Source: a virus
Lineage: Duplodnaviria; Caudoviricetes
DNA: 64,000 bases
Direction: 5' to 3' (one strand)
Virus record (IMG/VR): IMGVR_UViG_3300026549_000038
Location: 64,001 to 128,000 of that record
Position 1 is the stretch's first letter. Each line of letters starts with the position of its first letter. The notes under the pieces are model-generated. The model had not been told where the DNA came from. It did no database searches and worked only from the letters and a program-made list of their open reading frames with translations. A program made the position numbers and the translations under genes. Shown piece by piece: positions 56,494 to 64,000 of this stretch.

Positions 56494-57096
56494 TTAATAT
56501 TCTATATTTATAATAACACTTTTCGATTTAAGATATTTCTGCACATTTTCTATTGTCGGCTCCATGTCTTTTTTTGGTTTTTCTTTTGAGTGTCTTCCGT
56601 TGTAAGCCCAGTAGAAAAATTTACATTCTCTCGGTGCTCCTTCAATTGAATTTAAAAGTCTGTTATGTTGACATTCAAAAACGCGGACTTTCTTTGGGCA
56701 CCCTTCAAGACTAGTAAGACAATCACAACAATTTATTGAGAGCCTACTATCAAACTCACAATCAGGTGTGAACACTGTTGTAAGATCAACACATCCCGAC
56801 GATCTTAAATCTAAACATCTTGCCTTATCGCCAACGAATTGGGAGATTTTATATTTAAGTCCTTTTTCCGGAAACTTAAATATTGACACTCCACTCACAT
56901 TCGAGGGGCAAGTAATCACATATCCTTTCGAATCCAAATCCAATCGGACACCAAGACGCTTCAGTTCACGATATTGATATATGTATTTAGCCAGTTCATC
57001 TATAGCCTCTTGCTTCAACACATTTTCTGTATTTTTGACTATATCGACATTTCCGCTAAAGATACTTTCGTCTATATACTCTTTAATATCCTTCAT
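56494..57096 (-). CDS. LRR-like (LTSLEGCP) protein with capsid-targeting-like leader
   Basis: MKDIKEYIDE leader; LTSLEGCP and LNSIEGAP repeats. Confidence 0.7.
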   Translation of the reverse strand: MKDIKEYIDESIFSGNVDIVKNTENVLKQEAIDELAKYIYQYRELKRLGVRLDLDSKGYVITCPSNVSGVSIFKFPEKGLKYKISQFVGDKARCLDLRSSGCVDLTTVFTPDCEFDSRLSINCCDCLTSLEGCPKKVRVFECQHNRLLNSIEGAPRECKFFYWAYNGRHSKEKPKKDMEPTIENVQKYLKSKSVIINIEY

Positions 57097-57132
57097 GATT
57101 TGGATCTTATTTTTTATATAATAAACGCCATA

Positions 57133-58044
57133 TTATTTTACATAAATATAAAGATATTCGTCGTGTTTATGTGGGGTTTTGTTGTTGATGTGTACGGAGC
57201 GGTTTTTTGAGAGTTTGAAAGAATATTGCGGAGTTGGTTGTGATTTCATCAGGTCTTCTCTCATGACCAAAGCATAGACCATACAAGAATCTTTCGCTAA
57301 AAATTTATTATACAAGCACGTTAAAAATTCATCAAACTCATCTGTACACGTGAATCTCCCACACTCATATATTTCGAGATTATAATATGGTGGACAGGTG
57401 AACATAACGTTAAAATCTTCTTGTGGAGTATATGATCTCGCATCTTCATTGTGGAGCTCAGCATTCCAAAAATCAAAATAAGACTTTATGCTATCTACCT
57501 TATCATATGTGTGATACGAGAGATCGTTGTATATGTACTTTTTGATTTCTGTCGAGCCAATCATCCTATGCCCCCAACCCCCGCACGGATCAAACACAAT
57601 CATCTGTTTCATGTTGATCCCCACATTATCTTGAATCCATTGATAGACCCACTTGCAGAGTTGTGGATTAAATCCTCCATAACCGTAGTAAATCGCGCTT
57701 TTTTTGAATCCAGAGAGTATATCATAAGTATTAAGTTGATCCGGGGTTTTATTCAGGTAATACATGCGATTTTCGAGGATTTTCTTACGGATGTCCAAAT
57801 CATACCACATTGTCTTTTCAACACAGAAATAATTATCTTGTTGAAAAGCCTTCACTATCTTATTTCTGTTACAGTTCAGCGTGAGTTGTCCCCGAGGGTG
57901 ATCGAGATACCAAAAGAATTCCTGGTGTAGTTCTTCGCTAGTAGGACTCCACCAGAGTTCTGGGTCGATATTCGGAAACATTTTTTCAAAGTTCGTAGTT
58001 ACGTCTTCGTCTGTCAAAAAATGTTTTATATTACTATTGTTCAT
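57133..58044 (-). CDS. Amino-DNA methyltransferase-like protein
   Basis: FDPCGGWG SAM motif then FTCPPYY catalytic motif. Confidence 0.8.
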   Translation of the reverse strand: MNNSNIKHFLTDEDVTTNFEKMFPNIDPELWWSPTSEELHQEFFWYLDHPRGQLTLNCNRNKIVKAFQQDNYFCVEKTMWYDLDIRKKILENRMYYLNKTPDQLNTYDILSGFKKSAIYYGYGGFNPQLCKWVYQWIQDNVGINMKQMIVFDPCGGWGHRMIGSTEIKKYIYNDLSYHTYDKVDSIKSYFDFWNAELHNEDARSYTPQEDFNVMFTCPPYYNLEIYECGRFTCTDEFDEFLTCLYNKFLAKDSCMVYALVMREDLMKSQPTPQYSFKLSKNRSVHINNKTPHKHDEYLYIYVK

Positions 58045-59359
58045 ATAAAAATATATTTAAAACTTCTTTAAGATTTGTGGAGAATACCTCTTTCCAGTTC
58101 AATTTATGTTCTTTAACCCAGAGCCGTTTCTTAGGATCTCGGATCGTCCAAGTCTCTATGGCATTATCATAGAAGTCGCTGTGTTTGTCTTTCCAGCTTT
58201 GAAGGGTCTTCTGGTCTTGAGCCGATTCCGGATCGAACGGGTGATGACCATGAACCCAACTGCCTTGTATCTCAAGATAAAGGTTCTTATCCGGAAAATA
58301 AAAGTCACAGTTAAAAGGATACTCTTCGCTTCTGTATTGATACTTATAGTTTATATTATTCGAATCAAGCCAGTCTTTAAATTCCTTCTCGATCTTAGAC
58401 GAGTTGAATGTCCCGTTGAGTTTTTTTGTCTCATAGGATTTCTTTTGAATTTCTGATTGAATGTGTTTTATATGTTCTTTATAATTATCTGTTTGAGAAT
58501 ATGATTCGGCGCCGTATCGTTCGAGATTGGTCTGTCTGATTTTAGATTTGATCTCTGAAGAAGCAAATGGGTTCTCAGCACCGTATCGTTCGAGATTGGT
58601 CTTCTTTGCCTTGGACTGCACAGTCTCGTTCTGCATAGGATTCTCTGTTCCGTATCGTTCGAGATTGGTCTGTCTGATTTTAGATTTGATCTCTGAAGAA
58701 GCAAATGGGTGAGAGACCCCGTAGTGTTCAATGCTTGTGGAGCGGATCTTTTCTTTAAAAGATTTTGTTTTGCTGTAGTGATCTACGCCGTATGTGTCCA
58801 ACAGGGATTCTTTAAAGTTTTGTCGCACAGTCTCGTTCTGCATAGGATTCTCTGTTCCGTATCGTTCGAGATTGGTCTTCTTTGTCTTAGATCGCACAGT
58901 CTCGTTCTGCATAGGATTCTCTGTTCCGTATCGTTCGAGATTGGTCTTCTTTGTCTTAGATCGTATGGTGTAGTATTTTTCTTTAAAAATATTATTGAAC
59001 TCTTTGGTTTTAGAAAAGTTATCTACACCGTATCGTTCGAGACAGGACGTGCGCGACAGGTCTTTTTTGTTTGGGTCGTTGTTGGAACATCGTCTGCAGC
59101 AGTATTTGCGGTAGCCAACCGTACGATTTTCGAAAACAACCCTGCTACTGCAGACTCTACAGACCGGTCGGACATCTAAATTATTCTGAAAACGATAGAG
59201 CCTCTCAGAGAACGAATCGCTGTCAGTATAATGAGTCATTAGGTATGAATAGAGTTCTGGATAGTTCCTTTGGAAGTATCTTGAGTCGATCGATGGAAAT
59301 TTTTTGTGTTTGAATTGTTCCAAATCCTGCATTATATTAATATAATGAAAGTCCAACAT
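58034..59359 (-). CDS. Putative homing endonuclease: Zn module, TNLERYG repeats, PD-(D/E)xK domain
   Basis: CRVC/YCCRRC, 23-aa repeats, CDFY...LEIQG.W.H. Confidence 0.8.
   Translation of the reverse strand: MLDFHYINIMQDLEQFKHKKFPSIDSRYFQRNYPELYSYLMTHYTDSDSFSERLYRFQNNLDVRPVCRVCSSRVVFENRTVGYRKYCCRRCSNNDPNKKDLSRTSCLERYGVDNFSKTKEFNNIFKEKYYTIRSKTKKTNLERYGTENPMQNETVRSKTKKTNLERYGTENPMQNETVRQNFKESLLDTYGVDHYSKTKSFKEKIRSTSIEHYGVSHPFASSEIKSKIRQTNLERYGTENPMQNETVQSKAKKTNLERYGAENPFASSEIKSKIRQTNLERYGAESYSQTDNYKEHIKHIQSEIQKKSYETKKLNGTFNSSKIEKEFKDWLDSNNINYKYQYRSEEYPFNCDFYFPDKNLYLEIQGSWVHGHHPFDPESAQDQKTLQSWKDKHSDFYDNAIETWTIRDPKKRLWVKEHKLNWKEVFSTNLKEVLNIFLYEQ
58500..59045 (-). repeat. 69-bp coding tandem repeats (TNLERYGTENP)
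   Basis: Near-exact units, e.g. 58824-58892 and 58893-58961. Confidence 0.85.
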
Positions 59360-59376
59360 GTATTTATTAAATATAC

Positions 59377-59403
59377 AAAAAAAGACCTCAGAGAGGTCTT
59401 TTT
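59377..59403 (-). terminator. Intrinsic terminator after tail tube gene
   Basis: AAAAAGACCTC/GAGGTCTTTTT. Confidence 0.75.
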
Positions 59404-59430
59404 AAAAATCGGTAAGTATAAGTTGGGCGA

Positions 59431-60003
59431 TTATGCGTTGGTTTCGCTCCACCAGTCGCTTACGAAGCTTACGCTGACGTTGAAAGTTTCGCGAGACTCG
59501 TAATCGAAGCTTGATGTGACATCCTCAGGACCTTTAGACATCATAACGTCCTTCAACACGATATCTTGGTAAATATCTCCAACTCTGTTGGCAACTACAA
59601 CCCTCATCCAATCAGCACAGTAATCTTTCTTCAGAACTTTCTCACCAGTACTGATATCATATCCGAGTTTTCCCCAAGCCTTCAAAAGCTTATAAATGTA
59701 GTTGTCGATTCCGTTACGGAGGTTAAGAGAAAACTCTACAGTAATCTCTACTCGAGTCTGGTCAAGACCACTCTGAATGTAAGAACGGTCGGTTCCCATA
59801 AACCTCTGCTGGCTAACAGCAGGAACTTTATTTAAATTATTCAGACCATCAATCTTCAGAACATGCTCTGTAAGAATTGCTTCATCTTGAGCAAACTGAC
59901 TACGAAGTGCCTCTGGGAGAGTAAAATACACTTCGAAGAGGTTTCGGTGTATAGGATCCCATTTGTTCACTCCTGCTTTACTATTTGTAATGTGTGGTAA
60001 CAT
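59431..60003 (-). CDS. Tail tube protein (T4 gp19-like)
   Basis: 190 aa; P...NLFEV.F, W....YD..TG...LKKDY, F.SD.W.E. Confidence 0.8.
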   Translation of the reverse strand: MLPHITNSKAGVNKWDPIHRNLFEVYFTLPEALRSQFAQDEAILTEHVLKIDGLNNLNKVPAVSQQRFMGTDRSYIQSGLDQTRVEITVEFSLNLRNGIDNYIYKLLKAWGKLGYDISTGEKVLKKDYCADWMRVVVANRVGDIYQDIVLKDVMMSKGPEDVTSSFDYESRETFNVSVSFVSDWWSETNA

Positions 60004-60127
60004 AATTTTATCTCGTTTATTTAATTAAATAAATAATAAATGTATAGATCAAAAAGTTGTAAACAGTTTTAATTAAAAACTTGTAACTTATTTATTATAT
60101 TTATATGAAATATAATTTATATTTAAT

Positions 60128-62110
60128 ATGAAAATCCCAAAAATAGAAGAACTAGATTCCCCAAAGAAAATGGGAAGCCTATATTTGAAGAAACACTACC
60201 CGGAATTTTACCAATACCTTTGTAACAAATATAAAGGTTATCCTATAAAAAAGACCACCGAACTTGTATACCTTTATTACAATGAATTGTCTGAACCACA
60301 CAGGTGCCCGGTCTGTGACAAATACACCACATTTCTCGACTACAAAAGAGGATATCAAAAGTACTGTGGGCTCAAATGTTCTAATTCTGACCCGGAAGTC
60401 AAAGCCAAAAAAGACGCAACATCAATAAAGAAATTCGGAGTTGCTCACGCGGCTCAAAATGCGTCCATAAAAGAAAAACTCATCAAGACTTACACTGAGA
60501 GACATGGTGGCATGGGCAACGCTAGTTCGGCCGTGCAGAAGAAACAGCAGGCCACTATGGAAGAAACTTATGGTCATAAACACGCCATGCAGAACCCAGA
60601 GATACTTAAGAAATCTCAAGACACTCTCGAGAGCCATTACGGAGTCAGAAACACTTTCAAATCGGATCAAATTAGAGAAAAAATTAAGCAGACTAATTTA
60701 GAAAGATATGGAGTAGAATATGGTCTTATGGCAGAAGAAATTAGAGAAAAAATTAAGCAGACTAATTTAGAAAGATATGGGGCAGAATGTAACTTGTGTT
60801 TGCCAGCAATGCGCGAGAAAATCCGAAGGACTAATATAGAAAAATACGGCTCGTCAGAACCGTTTAAAGCCAAAGACATTAAAGAAAAAATCAAACAAAC
60901 CAATCTCGAAAGATACGGAGACGTTATTCCGATGAGAACCGATAACATAAAGAAAAAAGTCCAACAAACCAATCTCGAAAGATATGGAGTAGACAACCCT
61001 TCTAAATCACAGGATGTTGTAAACAAAATAATTGAAATCAAACGAGCAGCTGCAATTGATAAAATAGAAGATTTGTTGGGATATACAGAAGAAGGGGATT
61101 GGATTCGTAAGTGTCCGCACCAGGGATGTAATAAGTGTAATGAAAAAACTTATATAATATCTCCCGAACATTATCGCACACGTAAAGCATCCAACACAGA
61201 GCCATGCACAAATATTCTTCCCGTTCAACAAGGAAGATTATCTGGTACGTCTATAGAATTGTTTGTAAGAGATGTGCTTGATAAAAACCATATTGAATAT
61301 ATTACTAATGATCGTACAGTTCTAGAAGGTAAAGAACTTGATATATATATTCCAAAATATCGTCTTGCAATAGAATGTAATGGTATTTACTGGCATTCAT
61401 CAGCATGGAAAGATGTTAAATATCACTTTGATAAATACATCAAGTGCGCCCAGGCTGGAATTCAACTGCTTACTATCTGGGAAGATCAAATAGTTAACAA
61501 ACCAGAAATAGTAGAATCCATCATCTGTTCTAAATTGGGAATATATGATATTCATGTTGGTGCTCGATTATGTAGCGCACGTGAAATTCCACAGAGCACA
61601 GCCAAACAATTCCTGAACAAATATCATCTTCAAGGTTCTGTAGTGTCTAAATATAATATAGGTTTATTTTACAAAGATGAACTGGTGTCTGTTATGACGT
61701 TCGGGAGAAAACGCAGGGCTCTTGGAAACAAATCTGCAAGACCTACAGAGTTTGAATTATATCGTTATTGCACAAAATCTGGTGTTCAAATTATTGGCGG
61801 TGCCTCAAAATTATTGAAATATTTTATAGATCACTACAACCCGACTATCATCGAATCATTTTCCTCTAATGATATTTCAAACGGCTCTCTTTATGGATCT
61901 CTTGGTTTTTCCAGGGTCAGCGAAACATATGGTTCTTATTGGTACATAGATGAAAACCTAAGAAGATATCATAGGTTTAACTTTACCAAAGGAAAACTAG
62001 TGAAAGAAGGAGCAGACCCAAACTTATCAGAATCTGAAATCATGATGAACTTAGGATATACGAGGATTTATGATAGTGGTCAGACTAAATGGATTTTAAA
62101 ATTACATTAA
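60128..62110 (+). CDS. Hef-like homing endonuclease: Zn module, TNLERYG repeats, PD-(D/E)xK and GNAT-like C-terminal domain
   Basis: ELDIYIP...AIECNG.YWHS, IWED; ARLC, HLQG, VMTFG, GGASKL, IYDSG..KW. Confidence 0.85.
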   Translation: MKIPKIEELDSPKKMGSLYLKKHYPEFYQYLCNKYKGYPIKKTTELVYLYYNELSEPHRCPVCDKYTTFLDYKRGYQKYCGLKCSNSDPEVKAKKDATSIKKFGVAHAAQNASIKEKLIKTYTERHGGMGNASSAVQKKQQATMEETYGHKHAMQNPEILKKSQDTLESHYGVRNTFKSDQIREKIKQTNLERYGVEYGLMAEEIREKIKQTNLERYGAECNLCLPAMREKIRRTNIEKYGSSEPFKAKDIKEKIKQTNLERYGDVIPMRTDNIKKKVQQTNLERYGVDNPSKSQDVVNKIIEIKRAAAIDKIEDLLGYTEEGDWIRKCPHQGCNKCNEKTYIISPEHYRTRKASNTEPCTNILPVQQGRLSGTSIELFVRDVLDKNHIEYITNDRTVLEGKELDIYIPKYRLAIECNGIYWHSSAWKDVKYHFDKYIKCAQAGIQLLTIWEDQIVNKPEIVESIICSKLGIYDIHVGARLCSAREIPQSTAKQFLNKYHLQGSVVSKYNIGLFYKDELVSVMTFGRKRRALGNKSARPTEFELYRYCTKSGVQIIGGASKLLKYFIDHYNPTIIESFSSNDISNGSLYGSLGFSRVSETYGSYWYIDENLRRYHRFNFTKGKLVKEGADPNLSESEIMMNLGYTRIYDSGQTKWILKLH

Positions 62111-62137
62111 AAAAGAGCCCTTGTGAGCTCTTTTTTT
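62109..62137. terminator. Bidirectional terminator
   Basis: AAAAAAGAGC/GCTCTTTTTT between convergent genes. Confidence 0.8.
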
Positions 62138-62156
62138 GATCATTTAAAGAATATAC

Positions 62157-62528
62157 TTATCTCTGCAGACAAACCCACACATATCCATAAGGATCTGTAT
62201 AACTCTCGCCTGGTTCTAGGCTATCTATTTCTTCTCCTTCAGTCCACCAATCGTTTATGCCAATAGCAGAACACATATTGTCAAAGCTTCCGTCGTCTTC
62301 ACCATTTCTGACATCGCTCATATCAAATTGTCCCATATCAATAGTTATAAAACTGATTGCTTCTTGTCCTGGGTGTTTTCCTGTATCAATTTTTAGATAC
62401 TGGCTTCCATTTGTACGAGTGCCAATAGGCAGTCTCTTGAGAACTGATCTCTTTGTATATCCCTTTCCTTCTTCAATAGCAGCTTCATTGACAGCCGATT
62501 TATTCAAGTAATCTTTAATATTTTCCAT
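62157..62528 (-). CDS. Putative internal head protein (start revised)
   Basis: MENIKDYLN leader; paralogous C-terminus with 56218..56472. Confidence 0.6.
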   Translation of the reverse strand: MENIKDYLNKSAVNEAAIEEGKGYTKRSVLKRLPIGTRTNGSQYLKIDTGKHPGQEAISFITIDMGQFDMSDVRNGEDDGSFDNMCSAIGINDWWTEGEEIDSLEPGESYTDPYGYVWVCLQR

Positions 62529-62571
62529 AAATAAAATGATTAATTTATTAAAAAATAATAATATCAATATT

Positions 62572-62672
62572 CAATTTTTAATCCATTCCCAGCGTATATG
62601 CCCACTGTCATATACTTTTAGGTATGGAATCCGAATTTATGATAGCGGACAAACTAAATGGCCCTTAAAGAT
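62572..62672. pseudogene. Two back-to-back remnants of Hef-like endonuclease C-termini
   Basis: Minus: PYLKVYDSGHIRWEW; plus: IRIYDSGQTKW. Confidence 0.65.
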
Positions 62673-62712
62673 AAGTTAACATTTATTTCACGGACTAAAT
62701 GGGTATCGAAGG

Positions 62713-63939
62713 TTATTTAATAAACATATAAAGATACTCTCCATTCTTCGCAGTCGCCCCATTCGTAAGATGAATTGCGCGATTTTTCGAAAGTAAAAAC
62801 TTCTGATCTGGCTTATGAATATTTTCATCTATAAGATTTTCTTGAATCACTAAAGCAAAAACTTTTGCAGGACCTGTCCAAAATACTTCAAATAACCTAT
62901 TCATAAACAGATCGAAATCTGTTCTTGATGAGAAATCTCCACAAGGATAAGATTCAAGATTAAAATAAGGAGGACACGTAAACATAACATCATAATCTTC
63001 TTCTGGTATCCACCGAAGACAATCTTCGTTGTGAAGCTCCACATTAAAAAACTCAAAGTAATCCTTTATAGATTGCACCCCATTATATGTTGGGCGAGAT
63101 AAATCATTATAAATGTATTTTTTAATCTCTGTTGATCCAATCATTCGGTGACCCCAACCACCACAAGGGTCGTACACCACCATATCATCCATCTTGATAC
63201 CTACGTTTTCTTCTATCCAAGCATACACCCATTTACAAAGCTGGGGGTTAAAACCACTATAACCATAATGTATTGCGGATTTTTTGAATCCACTCAATAT
63301 GTCATATGTATTGAGTGTTTCAGGCGTTTTGTCTAGGTATTTGAGCCTGTTGAGAAGAATCTTTTGTTTAATTTCCGGCTCTTGCCAAAGCTCTTTTTCT
63401 CTCTTATAGAAAGTATCCTGCTGGAAGAACTTGACAATTTTATTCTTATTACAGCGGAGGGTAAGTTCCCCAACTGGATGATCCAGATACCAAAAAAATT
63501 CATCATAGAGTTCTTCTCGTGTGAGATTCCAATGAAGATCCGGATCAACGTTTGGAAATGAGAGTGTTAGTGATGTTGACGTATTATTCGCCTGTCTCCA
63601 CTTTTGTACAACCTTGCTGAATTGCATGGGGTGTTCGGTTCCATAATGAGATAAGGATGTTTGTTTCTTCAGAAGTTGAACTTGAGAAGATCGTTGTGCA
63701 CAGGATTTAGAACAATACATATGGTAACCCTTTTTAGAATTTATAAATTTAACAGGATTACCACAGATGCAACAGGTTGGTGTTGTTGTTATATTGTTGT
63801 AATACCAATACAGTCTTTCTTGAAATTTCAAGTTCGGATATACGTTCAAAAGATGTTGATAGAAGTCGGGATATTTTTGTTTTACCTGATCTTCGCGGCA
63901 ACTATATTTATTTAATTTATTATAATCAGGAACATCCAT
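62713..63939 (-). CDS. Methyltransferase fused to homing-endonuclease-type N-terminal Zn module
   Basis: YPDFY..ERLY..CCICG..YCSKSC, then paralog of 57133..58044 (YDPCGGWG, FTCPPY). Confidence 0.82.
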   Translation of the reverse strand: MDVPDYNKLNKYSCREDQVKQKYPDFYQHLLNVYPNLKFQERLYWYYNNITTTPTCCICGNPVKFINSKKGYHMYCSKSCAQRSSQVQLLKKQTSLSHYGTEHPMQFSKVVQKWRQANNTSTSLTLSFPNVDPDLHWNLTREELYDEFFWYLDHPVGELTLRCNKNKIVKFFQQDTFYKREKELWQEPEIKQKILLNRLKYLDKTPETLNTYDILSGFKKSAIHYGYSGFNPQLCKWVYAWIEENVGIKMDDMVVYDPCGGWGHRMIGSTEIKKYIYNDLSRPTYNGVQSIKDYFEFFNVELHNEDCLRWIPEEDYDVMFTCPPYFNLESYPCGDFSSRTDFDLFMNRLFEVFWTGPAKVFALVIQENLIDENIHKPDQKFLLSKNRAIHLTNGATAKNGEYLYMFIK

Positions 63940-64000
63940 ATATGATTTCTTTATATTTTTGAATAACTACATCCAAGTCCGTTGAAAAAACTTCAACCCA

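Noticed and set aside
58500-59045. CRISPR or DGR template/variable repeats
   Set aside because: In-frame 69-bp coding repeats; no unique spacers and no reverse transcriptase in the window
1-64000. Stop-codon recoding (code 15 or 4)
   Set aside because: Conserved genes are full-length in code 11, TAG ends genes such as the DNA polymerase, and no canonical suppressor tRNA was found

Overview
A 64-kb segment of a large AT-rich tailed dsDNA phage. T4-like baseplate gp6/gp25 and tail-tube genes point to a myovirus. The small accessory gene families suggest a gut or rumen Bacteroidales host (inference). The standard genetic code fits. Positions 1-25.2 kb are transcribed leftward. They encode DNA ligase, a complete IS605 element (tnpA/tnpB), QueE/QueD, ThyX, a metallophosphoesterase, NADAR, an RlaP-like nucleotidyltransferase and an RNA ligase. 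They also hold a ~10-kb array of ~28 tRNAs that, by anticodon, cover all 20 amino acids. The array is interleaved with non-canonical tRNA mimics, an orphan group I intron core, a circularly permuted YrlA/Y-RNA-like element and several closed-stem ncRNA candidates. A strand switch with 17-bp iterons at ~25.3 kb is followed by mosaic small ORFs (25.5-35 kb). The core region then encodes baseplate proteins, family B DNA polymerase, thioredoxin, dUTPase/dCTP deaminase, a primase-SF2 helicase fusion, a sigma70-family factor, dNMP kinase and tail tube. It also has seven proteins with a T4-like capsid-targeting leader, and homing-endonuclease/methyltransferase genes sharing a module. Top novelty candidates: (i) a conserved protein followed by a hexamer-repeat RNA and a permuted tRNA mimic; (ii) an ArfA-like peptide whose stop codon lies inside tRNA-Leu, so tRNA maturation would make a non-stop mRNA; (iii) the tRNA mimics and orphan intron; (iv) capsid-packaged LRR proteins. 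All calls were made by eye, with no database searches.
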